From positions 144,133-208,132 of the forward strand of contig CAWJZV010000006.1 in NCBI GenBank assembly GCA_963847445.1: DNA of 64,000 bases. The letters are read 5' to 3'. The stretch's first letter is position 1. Each line of letters begins with the position of its first letter. This stretch comes from an uncultured delta proteobacterium. Its GTDB lineage: Bacteria; Desulfobacterota; Binatia; UBA9968. The translations under genes were made by a program, and so were the position numbers. The notes below the pieces were generated by a model. It saw only the letters and a list, made by a program, of their open reading frames with translations, searched no databases and was not told the DNA's origin. Shown one piece after another: positions 23,973 through 33,355 of this stretch.

Positions 23973-25022
23973 TTAGCGGGCCGGCAGTGGATCCGGACCC
24001 GAGAGTTTCTTGAAAAGTTCGACAACGTCGCGGTCACGGGGCAGCTCGCGAATCACTTTCTCCTGCTCTTCCGGCATCAGTGGCGAGGCCTCGAAGCCCG
24101 ACAGTTTTTTAAACTCGCGATGAAAATCCGGGTCCTTGAATGCTTTGCGCATTGCTTCCTGGAGAATTTGCACCTGCAACTTGGGGGTTCCCGGCGCAAG
24201 GACGTAGGGCGTGCCGACAAGCCGGAAGGCGCGGTACATGGCTAAAAGTTTTCGCTCAATGTCGGATTTGGCGAAACCTTCGATTTCGGGCAGGCGCTCG
24301 AATCCATCCGGTCTGTTGCCCTTCGGTATTTCAACCAGCGCGTGGAGATCGAGCAGTCCTTTTTTTATCTCCTCGAAATTGCGCTGGGCCAATGTTTCTG
24401 CGGCATTCGCCCGACCGTCCAATTCGCCACGCGCCAAGGCGATGTCGATTTCCGGACCGCCGTAGCCGGTAACAAATCGCGGCTCCTTCAAATTCATCAG
24501 ATAGGCAAACAACCGCCCGGTGATATAGATGTCGTGTCCCACTTCTTGAGCGCCGATTCTTACCCCCGTCGCCGCGCGCAATTTTTCCAAGTTGTTAAGG
24601 CCGGACTCTTTTCGCGTGAGAAAAACGTAATGAAAGACGCTGACGGGCGATCCCAGATAAATCAGTTTGTCGATATCGTACTGCACCCCGCCGGTGTCGA
24701 GTATCGCGTTGCTCACCAGAGAAGACGACACACCGCCGATGGTCAAGCCATCCGGGCGGGCGACGCGGTAAACGTGGTTTGCCGCCTTTCTACCTCCGCC
24801 TCCCGGCATGTAATCGGATACGATCGTTGGATTTCCCGGGATGTATTTCTGCAGAAACGGGAAAAGCGCTCTACGCCGCAGATCGCCGGTGCCGCCGGCG
24901 CCGACGATCTGCACCACGGTAATCGTTTTGCCCTTGTAAAAATCAGACTGGGCATGTCCACGCCCGGCCGAGCTTACGCAAGCGATTACCGCCAAGGCCG
25001 CTAAGACCGTAGGTTTTGTCAT
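23973..25022 (-). CDS. Bug/TctC-like tripartite tricarboxylate transporter binding protein
   Basis: FYKGKTIT, IPGNP, PGGGG, PDGLT, GELDG and PGTP motifs. Confidence 0.88.
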   Translation of the reverse strand: MTKPTVLAALAVIACVSSAGRGHAQSDFYKGKTITVVQIVGAGGTGDLRRRALFPFLQKYIPGNPTIVSDYMPGGGGRKAANHVYRVARPDGLTIGGVSSSLVSNAILDTGGVQYDIDKLIYLGSPVSVFHYVFLTRKESGLNNLEKLRAATGVRIGAQEVGHDIYITGRLFAYLMNLKEPRFVTGYGGPEIDIALARGELDGRANAAETLAQRNFEEIKKGLLDLHALVEIPKGNRPDGFERLPEIEGFAKSDIERKLLAMYRAFRLVGTPYVLAPGTPKLQVQILQEAMRKAFKDPDFHREFKKLSGFEASPLMPEEQEKVIRELPRDRDVVELFKKLSGPDPLPAR

Positions 25023-25088
25023 AACCACACCTCCCGCTGCTTCTAGCCGAATCTGCACCACGGGGTGCCCAGGTTTCGACAGACATTT

Positions 25089-25170
25089 CACACCAGAGGC
25101 GCGGAGAGCGCAGAGTTCGGATTATTTCTTGATGAAAAACTCTTTTTTCGCGCACTCCGCGCGTCCGCCG
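25089..25170. repeat. Palindromic CAGAGGCGCGGAG-type intergenic repeat
   Basis: gaggcgcggagagcgcagag ... cgcgcactccgcgcgtc forms an imperfect inverted pair. Confidence 0.55.
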
Positions 25171-25222
25171 CAATCATCCGAAGAGATCCTGTCCATCGTG
25201 ATGATATCAGATACCAAAGATA

Positions 25223-26581
25223 TTATTTAGCGAGCGAAGCCGCCGCGTGCTCCCCCGCTCTCATGCCTAGACCCAAAGAAGCGAGCAACCCGTTGCCCGG
25301 TAGATAGCCCTCCAAACCCTTGCCGGATACGCCGACGGCCACTCCGCCGCCGGCGTAAAGGTTGGGAATGATCGAGCCGTCGGCGCGCAGGACTTGGCCG
25401 TCGGCGGTTACTTTCAACCCGCCTTGTGTGTGGTACAGCGCCACCGTGACTTTGATGCCATAGAAGGGTCCCTGGAACGGTTGTGGCAGCGCGCGTCCGA
25501 AAGCGTCTTTGCCGCCGCTGGCCGCGCTGTCGTTATACTGTTCAATCGTTCGCTTCAGCCCTTCGGCGTCGATGGCCAATCTGCCTGCGAGTTGTTCCGG
25601 CGTCTCGGCCTTGAGCAAAAGTCCCTCATCGAAATAGCGCGACAAATTTCTCAGTCCCGGCGCGTTTCGATGCAGCTGGTAGATACGCTCGTCGAAGATC
25701 TCGTAGGCCTGCTTGCCGGGCAGCTCAAGCATTTTGATGCCGAGACCGCCGGGATAACGGGTCTCGTCGACGAACCGACTGCCGCCGGCGTCGACCATGA
25801 TGCCGCCGGATAGAGCCACCTCGGGCGCCACCGCGCGTTTTCCCGGACCGATGTATGCGGGGTAGGGCTGGAAGGCGCCCATGTTTTCCGTCGCCGCGCC
25901 GACCGCCAAACCCATCTTGATGCCGTCGCCGGTGCTGCCGTGGTGACCTGGAAAAGGAATGTCCAGCGCTTTGGGAATGTAGCGGTCCAACAATTCCGCG
26001 CTCGCGCCGAAACCGCCCGAGGCGAGAATAATTTTTCGCGCCGTGAGCACACCATCCTTTGTCGCCACTCCCGTTACCGCGCCGCCGGTTTCCTGTTGGA
26101 GCGACAATACCGGCGTCGAGAATCGCACCTGGATATTTTTCTCCCGCTCGACTGTTTCGAAGAGAAAATCGGTGATGGTTTTATCCGCCTTCCACGAGTG
26201 CGATCGCTGCGCCCCATGACCAAAGGCGAACTCGCCGATTTGAAATTCGATCCCGGCCATATCGGTCAGGAAATCGGCCACGCGCCCGGAAGTTTCCGCG
26301 AGCCGCCTGGTCAGGACGGCATCGCTCTCGTTGTTGTTCCGGCGCAGGATATCCTGGGCGTAGAGTTCCGCACTGTCCGCGATCTTCAACTCGCGCTGCC
26401 GGCGGCTGCCGGCGGCGCGGATGCCCTTGGAAGAGAAAGCGGTCCCGCCTCCCGGTTTGTCCGTCTTCTCCAACAGCAGCACCCGCACGCCCTTTTTCGC
26501 CGCCACCAGCGCGGCCATGAGACCGCACCCTCCGGCACCGATGACGAGGATATCGCTGACCACCGAATCTAATTCCTGCAT
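25223..26581 (-). CDS. FAD-dependent oxidoreductase, fumarate reductase/flavocytochrome c flavoprotein-like
   Basis: IGAGGCG, LASGGF, STGDG, HTQGGL, IPNLYAGG and GNGL motifs. Confidence 0.88.
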   Translation of the reverse strand: MQELDSVVSDILVIGAGGCGLMAALVAAKKGVRVLLLEKTDKPGGGTAFSSKGIRAAGSRRQRELKIADSAELYAQDILRRNNNESDAVLTRRLAETSGRVADFLTDMAGIEFQIGEFAFGHGAQRSHSWKADKTITDFLFETVEREKNIQVRFSTPVLSLQQETGGAVTGVATKDGVLTARKIILASGGFGASAELLDRYIPKALDIPFPGHHGSTGDGIKMGLAVGAATENMGAFQPYPAYIGPGKRAVAPEVALSGGIMVDAGGSRFVDETRYPGGLGIKMLELPGKQAYEIFDERIYQLHRNAPGLRNLSRYFDEGLLLKAETPEQLAGRLAIDAEGLKRTIEQYNDSAASGGKDAFGRALPQPFQGPFYGIKVTVALYHTQGGLKVTADGQVLRADGSIIPNLYAGGGVAVGVSGKGLEGYLPGNGLLASLGLGMRAGEHAAASLAK

Positions 26582-26714
26582 CGAACCTCCAAGCAGCTCA
26601 GCCACAATATTTGAAAGCCACTCGGGATTGCAACTTCCTACTGGGTTCTGTTTGAACCAACTTTTAAGGTGATGCAATTCGGTTCGAGTAAAACTCGATG
26701 CAGGGAAACGAAAA

Positions 26715-26876
26715 TGGCCTGCGGCCATGGCAAGCCGGTATCGTGGGCAGGATCACCTGCTTCCACGAACGCTCCAATTCGCAGGGGATCAAGAACCGCG
26801 ATGGGGCGGCGTCTCTCGATGCATCTTTAGTGCAAATAGCCGCCGAGCGGCTGGAGCTCGGCAAAATAAGCCACGG
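26715..26876 (+). pseudogene. Decayed copy of the 3' end of the SBP gene 21570-22571
   Basis: PWQAGIVGRITCFHERSNSQGIKNRDGAASLDASLVQIAAERLELGK versus PWQAGIESMITGFHERFNPQGIKNRDASGSLDASFVQKAAERLKLGKK; similarity extends past the stop (taagccacgg). Confidence 0.92.
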
Positions 26877-27245
26877 GGGAAAGCGCGCTGCGAAATCTCG
26901 CAGCAGCTCATTCCCTCGATCGGTAAAAGCACAACTCAGAGGAAGAAGCACTCGATTGCAAATTGCGCAAATGAATCTGTCGGTAACGGAAATGGTTATC
27001 TTATCGAATGAGCGAACCGAATAACTCAATATTCAAGAACGATCCCGCGGCCGGACCATGAAAAAGTACTCGCGACTCGACGATCTATCCTAGTCCCAGT
27101 GGGCTATGATGAGATGTCCCAGCGACTGATCCGCAGAGTTTCGTACTGTTTAAAGATACGACCCTAAGTTCCGACCTCGCCGCTGCGCCTGCTTGGCTTT
27201 CCGGCTAACAACTGAGGCTCGTATTGATTCTCAGCGAAAGCCCGT

Positions 27246-29042
27246 CTAGGGCTGGGTGACGCCCGCAAACGTCACCAGGTCCGCCACTGTGAAATCTCCA
27301 GCTGCGGCAGATGGCAGAAATGGAGTGAACCCGCCTGTTACGTTCAGGTAAGACGTTGCATCTCGCTTCAACATGCGGACGAAAGTCTCCGCCACTATCC
27401 TGCCACCCACCGGGCCCAGTTCGTTTCCTCCGCCGATCACGGACGCTTCGCGTAAGATGTAGTACCACAACGGCGTTTTCTGCAGCAGGATGCCACCGTT
27501 AGAATTCAGCAGACTCACCTCCGTCGCTGGGAGCCCCTGGGTCAGTTGCGCTGTTGTCATCGGCGTGATCCCGAAGGAATTCGCCATGCCCTTGCCGCTG
27601 GGTAGACCTAGCGCCAAGCCACGCCTGAGGTTCCGCGTTGCGAGCACCGCCATCATTCCGGTAAATCCTGGCAGCGACTCTAACCCCGCCGCCATGAAGC
27701 TGTCGATGGTGCGGGCCTTATTGTGAACTGGGACTGGCACACCGGTATCGAATAGGGCGTTGAAGTCCACCACCCAATTTGAAAAAACCGGAAGCCGCGG
27801 ATTGCGGACGAATTCGAACACCTGTCCCAGTGTTGCCGCCGGAAAGTTGAAATTTACAAAGTATGTGTCCCGGATCATGCTATGGCCGAAGCGGTAGGCG
27901 GCCACAGCAAACTCAACGGGCATGCGAAAGGGACTGCCTTGCGGCGCCACTACCGTTGAAAGAGCGTTGGTCACCGTCGCTGCGCCACAAATTCGCTTGA
28001 GGAAATCGTTCACCACGGCCCACTGATAGTGATGTGTCACGATCTTTTTAGCCTCGGCGAAGATATCACCGGCGAACGAAGCCGCTAGTAGCAGTTCCAC
28101 GACTTTGTTATGAAACCTCAACATGGCGTGGTGGAATTGCGCGATGATCAGGTTTTCGTCATTGCGCGGATCTCCGATCACGGCTGTGTTCGTCCCCCCA
28201 ATGCGTGGCACGTCGAATTGGGATTGCGTTACCATTCCGCCAGGAGTCCCGTTGTTGCTCGGTCCGCCCGGCCCGGTATTTGTGTTCGTCCCGAGCTGGA
28301 ACTTCACTGCGGTCGTCGGACCCGTGGAAGGGAATGCATAGAGAAACGGATCGAGCGCCGGTCCCCTCCCATACACGGAATCGAGATCAAGTGTCGGAGT
28401 ACGCATATTGTGGATCGTGTTCGCATCCGTGGCGCTATCAAGCGACGACGAGACATCCAGGGTAATGTCATGGTCCACGAATTGGCCGAAATATGTGTAA
28501 CCCGCCGGGATGGACGACACGCCCTGATCCGCCGAATTATGCGATCCCGGATTCGGATCGCGGCCCGGATCGCCCATCAACCCACCCAGTTGGCCCAATA
28601 ACGACTGATTCACTGCGTTGAAGGCCAACTTGGTCGCGCTCCTAACCGCAGCGCTCGACATGTAGCCAAACCTCTCGGCGCACGGCGAGGCGAGCCACGG
28701 AAACGGAAACCACGTCAGCGATATCTTACTGCCATGCAATCTCCGCTGCTCCGGCTTCATCGCTCGCAGACTACTTTTGATTTCTTCCGGCATTTTCGCC
28801 ACAGACTGTCCGGCGTCCGGCTTGATGCGATTCACCGTTTCCACAAGTCGCTCCACTGGAACGCTGGGTCTCAGATTCAGCTCCGCAAGCCGCTCCCGTA
28901 GCTGACGGACGGAAACCGGAGCTGGATTTGCAAACCTTCTCGGAGCCGCCGTTTCTTTGAGCAGCGCCAACAACCTTGCAGGAATCGCAGGGGTCTCTTT
29001 CGGGGAACTACTCTCCTTGGTCCGCGTTTTTTTTGTGGCCAT
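27246..29042 (-). CDS. Animal-type heme peroxidase (peroxidase-cyclooxygenase superfamily)
   Basis: YFGQFVDHDIT (distal His), GDPRNDEN, AAYRFGHSMIR (proximal His) and TPLWYYILREA motifs. Confidence 0.9.
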   Translation of the reverse strand: MATKKTRTKESSSPKETPAIPARLLALLKETAAPRRFANPAPVSVRQLRERLAELNLRPSVPVERLVETVNRIKPDAGQSVAKMPEEIKSSLRAMKPEQRRLHGSKISLTWFPFPWLASPCAERFGYMSSAAVRSATKLAFNAVNQSLLGQLGGLMGDPGRDPNPGSHNSADQGVSSIPAGYTYFGQFVDHDITLDVSSSLDSATDANTIHNMRTPTLDLDSVYGRGPALDPFLYAFPSTGPTTAVKFQLGTNTNTGPGGPSNNGTPGGMVTQSQFDVPRIGGTNTAVIGDPRNDENLIIAQFHHAMLRFHNKVVELLLAASFAGDIFAEAKKIVTHHYQWAVVNDFLKRICGAATVTNALSTVVAPQGSPFRMPVEFAVAAYRFGHSMIRDTYFVNFNFPAATLGQVFEFVRNPRLPVFSNWVVDFNALFDTGVPVPVHNKARTIDSFMAAGLESLPGFTGMMAVLATRNLRRGLALGLPSGKGMANSFGITPMTTAQLTQGLPATEVSLLNSNGGILLQKTPLWYYILREASVIGGGNELGPVGGRIVAETFVRMLKRDATSYLNVTGGFTPFLPSAAAGDFTVADLVTFAGVTQP

Positions 29043-29485
29043 AGGATCTCCTTGTTTTGTTATGGTCGAGGTTAAGCTCGAAGCGACAACATAATTGTAA
29101 TTGAGTTAGGCTTTGACGAATTAACAGAAGTAGTGAAGCGCTCGAAGCGCGACCTTAAGCTGTTCCCGAGCTACGCCAACAGCGTTAGACGGGGTTCGTT
29201 TAGAGTTGGCATTGATCAATTCTCTACTTTAGTTTGATGGGAATGCTTATAACAAGCCCGCATGATTTTTCAGCTGAGACTTTACGCCCCGGTGTTCACT
29301 AGTCCGACATGTCGCAACTATTGATAGACTGTTTTCAATAAATAACACCGCATCCGTGGTCCTTTCTCAAGTCACTCCGGATAAAATGTTACCTCAGTAC
29401 TGCGTTAGCGCAAGTATAGTGCCATTGAATTTCAATCGTATCTTTGCGGAAAACACAAAAGTACCCAACTCGATTTGCCTGTGAC

Positions 29486-29565
29486 GTTTAGCGCTCGTCT
29501 ACTAAGTTTACAAACCTTCTACGCGTCGTTTACAAAACTGTCGCCAAAGTTTACGCGTCGTTGCG
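29486..29565. promoter_or_regulatory. Phased GTTTA(C) direct-repeat array, possible response-regulator boxes
   Basis: GTTTA at 29486, 29506, 29528 and 29549 (20-22 bp spacing), with weaker half-period copies. Confidence 0.4.
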
Positions 29566-29798
29566 CTCTACCGCTCGCGTCTCAATAAAGTAGTCAAAAC
29601 TTGGGGCATTTAAAGTCTACCATCGGAATTCTCGGCGCGGCGCCCGACGCACTGGGTAACCGTTGATTTTGTGCGCGAAGCTTTTGCACCGCTGATCAAG
29701 CGCGTCGGCGGGGTCAAGTCCCGCCTATGTAACCTTCTTGATTCGGCGGCCGTCGATCGATCTCGACTGAAATAATCATTTGTGATAGGGGGTTGAAA

Positions 29799-30128
29799 AT
29801 GCGAGTAGAGAGGCGAATTGTTTTCTTTGCGGCCTTATCCATGCTGCCGATTGCTTTCGGCTGCCAAACCATGCGCGGCGAAACCGCGGTGGCAATACCC
29901 GCGGTGGAAACGGAAACGCCGCAAGATCAGGCGTTGTCAAAGTCCGTACGGGCACGCCTGCTTGCGGATAAGAAAGTGAATCTATCCGGCATCAAGGTGG
30001 TATCCAACAACGGGACAGTTTATCTGAGCGGAGTCGTGAGTTCTCTAGATGCACGCCAGCAAGCGATCAAGCTCGCCTGGGAAACGCGCGGTGTGCAGAG
30101 CGTCGTCAACAGTCTTGAAGTTCAATAA
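29799..30128 (+). CDS. BON-domain lipoprotein
   Basis: Lipobox-like AFGC; DQALSKSVRARL, GTVYLSG and GVQSVVNSL motifs. Confidence 0.88.
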   Translation: MRVERRIVFFAALSMLPIAFGCQTMRGETAVAIPAVETETPQDQALSKSVRARLLADKKVNLSGIKVVSNNGTVYLSGVVSSLDARQQAIKLAWETRGVQSVVNSLEVQ

Positions 30129-30318
30129 ATTCCTGAAGCGAAAGTCGCGAGTCTGATTGCTCGTAAGAAAGCCGGGACAGGCTCTTTCAATCTAGACAAA
30201 TCTGGGTCGGATTCTTTAACCGTTCCAACTCTCCGAATAAACTACTCGCTTGTATCATCCGGGCTCATGGTCACAGTCTGTTCTACGCCCTTGGGGATTT
30301 TCCAGATGGTTTCATTTT

Positions 30319-30333
30319 GCGTCGCCCGGACGC
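30319..30333 (-). promoter_or_regulatory. Putative bacterial SECIS hairpin downstream of the selO in-frame UGA
   Basis: mRNA reads UGA GGCACCUGAGUGAC GCGUC-CGGGC-GACGC: 5-bp stem, G-containing loop starting 19 nt after the UGA, and no U-tract after the stem on either strand. Confidence 0.6.
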
Positions 30334-30338
30334 GTCAC

Positions 30339-31823
30339 TCAGGTGCCTCAGAAGGTTTGGTAGCGCTCTCGCCCTTCCGGTGCAGGTTCGGCATAGGCGG
30401 CAGACTCGAGCTGGTCGTCGAAAGGGCGCGATAGGATTTTCAGCAGCGTTTCGAAGGGCGCGTAATCGGCGCGTTGCACTGCGGCGCTCAACGCCTCCTC
30501 GACGCGATGATTGCGCGCGATGAACTTAGGATTGGCCCGCCGCATGGCTTGCGCGCGCTCCACGGGTGCCAGCGACTCGGGCTCAAGCCGCGCCCGCCAC
30601 TGTCCACTCCAGAGATCATAGGCCGACGGATCGGCAAACAGCGCGCGAATCTTTTCTTCCTCGCCTAGGGCCGCGTCGGCGAGGTAGCGGAACGCCAACG
30701 TGTAGTCGACCTTGTTGCTCTCTAGGACGGTAAGAAATCCATTGACAAGATTGAGATCGGCCTCGTCTTCACTGACCAGTCCGAGCTTGGCGCCCATGCC
30801 TTGAAGCCAGTGGCGTTTATATAAATCTGGAAAGCCATTGACCACCTCGCTGGCTTGCGCGATGGCGCGTTTACTGTCGGCATCGATCAGCGGTAGCAGC
30901 GTCTCCGCCAGCCGCGCCAGGTTCCACTGCGCGATGCTTGGTTGATTGGCGTAGGCATAGCGACCGCGGGTGTCGATGGAGCTGAAGACCGTCGCCGGAT
31001 CATAATGATCCATGAAGGCGCATGGCCCATAGTCGATGGTCTCACCGGAGATCGCCATGTTGTCGGTGTTCATCACGCCATGGATGAAGCCGACATGCAT
31101 CCAGCTCGCGATCAGCGCGGCTTGCCTGTCGCTGACGCTCGCAAGCAACTCAAGGTACGGATTCGCTTGGTCCTTTAATTCCGGATAATGGCGCGCGATC
31201 ACGTAATCAGCCAGGCGACGCACTTTGTCCTGCTCACCGCGGGCGGCGAACAACTGGAAAGTGCCGACACGGATGTGGCTCGCAGCGACGCGCGTCAATA
31301 CCGCGCCTGGCAACGCGGTTTCGCGATATATGGGCTCGCCTGTGATTACCGCGGCAAGCGCACGGGTGGTCGGAATACTTAGCGCGTGCATGGCTTCGCC
31401 GAGCAAATATTCACGCAAAACGGGACCGAGTGCGGCGCGGCCGTCGCCATTGCGCGAAAAGGGAGTGGGACCCGACCCTTTGAGCTGAATGTCGCGGCGC
31501 CGGCCCTGGCGGTCGATGACTTCTCCTAGAAGCAGCGCCCGGCCGTCACCAAGTTGCGGCGAGAAGCCGCCGAACTGGTGGCCGGCGTAGGCCTGAGCCA
31601 GGGGCAGCGCGCCCTCGGGTGTCTCATTGCCGGCAAAAATCCGCGCGCCTGCCTCGGAATCGAGAGCATCGGCATCCAGCCCCAATTCCTCGGCCAACTC
31701 ATAGTTGAGCTTTACCAACTCAGGCCGCGCTACCTGCGCCGCTTTCCACGGCACGTAGAAGCCCTCAAGTTCGCGCGCATAGGTATTGTCGAAGGTGAAT
31801 GGTCCGGCGGCGACGTGCATCAT
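30339..31823 (-). CDS. selO: Protein adenylyltransferase SelO/YdiU; probable C-terminal selenocysteine (YQTF-U-GT)
   Basis: YAGHQFG, QLGDGRA, QLKGSG, GFIHGVMNTDN and DYGPCAF motifs; ends TAC CAA ACC TTC TGA GGC ACC TGA. Confidence 0.93.
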
Positions 31824-32146
31824 AAGTGTGACTCTCTCGGTCAGAGGGAATAGTGAATCCCCCGGCCATCTTGCTTCTCGATACCGTTAAAAACGCGGAG
31901 CTAGCCAGGAGACTGCGCCAGCGTTCTCCAAGCAAATCTTCTCAATCGGGTTCTACCACGAAGATTTTGCGCTTAATAGGCTCGAGCGCGCAGCGCTAGA
32001 ACCAGTCTGAAATAGCAGCCGCCGCGGGCAAGATTTCGCGGGGGTATCCGTGGCTGGGTCTGGCGATCACAGATTATGGTAATGCAAGACCTGTCTCGAT
32101 CATCGGCGCGCTCTAGTTTATTTTTTAATGCAACGGTGCCTTTCTA

Positions 32147-32932
32147 TCAACCCTTCGGCGGGGTTGCCACTAACGCGCTGCGAATCTCTTTGAGTTTTGC
32201 CTTTACTGAGGCAGCATTTTCGCCGCCCATGCGCACGAGGATTTTCTGCCCCGCCGACAGTTTCTCCAGATTCGCATCGGCGAACTGGTAAAGTACGCTG
32301 GTCTGGGTAAGCAGCACGGGATCTTTCACTTCGGGTGCCGCCAGCAGATGGTCGATCACTTGGACCACTCGGTCGTTGAAGTACTTGCCCGGATATCCGA
32401 GCTTCTCGTACTGTTCCTGGAACAGCGGGTAAAACCTTGCGTATATCGACACCAGCGGCGCAACCGGCACCGATTTCGCGACGCCCACATAAGGCTGGTA
32501 GCGCGCCGCGTTCTTCGGGCTGAGGCGCAGCTCCTCGCCCTTGCCCGTCGTGATTAGCCAGCCAGGCAAGGATTTCATCGGCAGTATCTGCGCTGGCAAG
32601 TGTTCCAGGGGCAAATTGTCGACGGTGGCGACGACGCGGTGAATGATCCCCTGCAGATTGAAAAACTTTTGCAGATCCCGACCGAACAGTTTCGCCAGCG
32701 CGTCTTGCATCGCCTTGTCGCTATCGGCCAGCGCCGGCAACGGTTCGTCAGACCCCTGCGCTTGACCGGTCGCCTCGATCGGATAGCGGATCGCCGGTTC
32801 CTCTGGCGCAGAAACCGTTGGCGGTTGCGCCATCTGCGGTGCCGGTGTCTCGCTCGCGCGCCAAAGGTACAGGGCAACGGCGCCGCCGACTACAACCGCC
32901 AACAGAATCAACCACTGGAAGGTTTTATTCAT
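32147..32932 (-). CDS. DUF3014 family membrane-anchored protein
   Basis: N-terminal TM segment; LPALADSD, VATVDNL, NAARYQPY, LGYPGKYFNDR and LSAGQKILVRMG motifs. Confidence 0.85.
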   Translation of the reverse strand: MNKTFQWLILLAVVVGGAVALYLWRASETPAPQMAQPPTVSAPEEPAIRYPIEATGQAQGSDEPLPALADSDKAMQDALAKLFGRDLQKFFNLQGIIHRVVATVDNLPLEHLPAQILPMKSLPGWLITTGKGEELRLSPKNAARYQPYVGVAKSVPVAPLVSIYARFYPLFQEQYEKLGYPGKYFNDRVVQVIDHLLAAPEVKDPVLLTQTSVLYQFADANLEKLSAGQKILVRMGGENAASVKAKLKEIRSALVATPPKG

Positions 32933-33355
32933 AAGTCGAATTTCCCCCTAGGGACACTGCCGGCCGTAGGACATGATCGCAGCCGATTTGCCACGGCCCC
33001 GGACTCGCGGAAAAGCTCCGCCCTGTTCTAGTCGGACAAAATGATTTCCCAAGCGCGAGTTTGGAGACCTTCATCGCTTCCGTTTTCAAGCTGTTGCGCT
33101 AACGCAGATCGGATCCTAGGATTTTCCCGCCGAGCACGATTTCGGTACGTGTTACTGACAGAGAACTCATCCGCTGCATCACTGTCGGTCATGTTGCGGA
33201 AAGCATCATCAAAGCGGCTGGATGTGGGGCATCCTACTTCGGCAGTTCTTTCGGTCAAGTGGGTTTCGGATAAGGGTTCATAATTCTCTGCAGGCGAATC
33301 TCGAAGTGAGGGAGGGAATAATCCGCAAGGGGTTCCATGAAACTGCCGGCGCCGG

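Noticed and set aside
29165-29200. Integron attC-like motifs (gccaac...gttagac; also ggctaac near 27203)
   Set aside because: Spacing is too short or the partner box is missing; no intI and no cassette array.
30319-30333. Intrinsic terminator after selO
   Set aside because: No U-tract follows the stem on either strand; its position fits a SECIS better.
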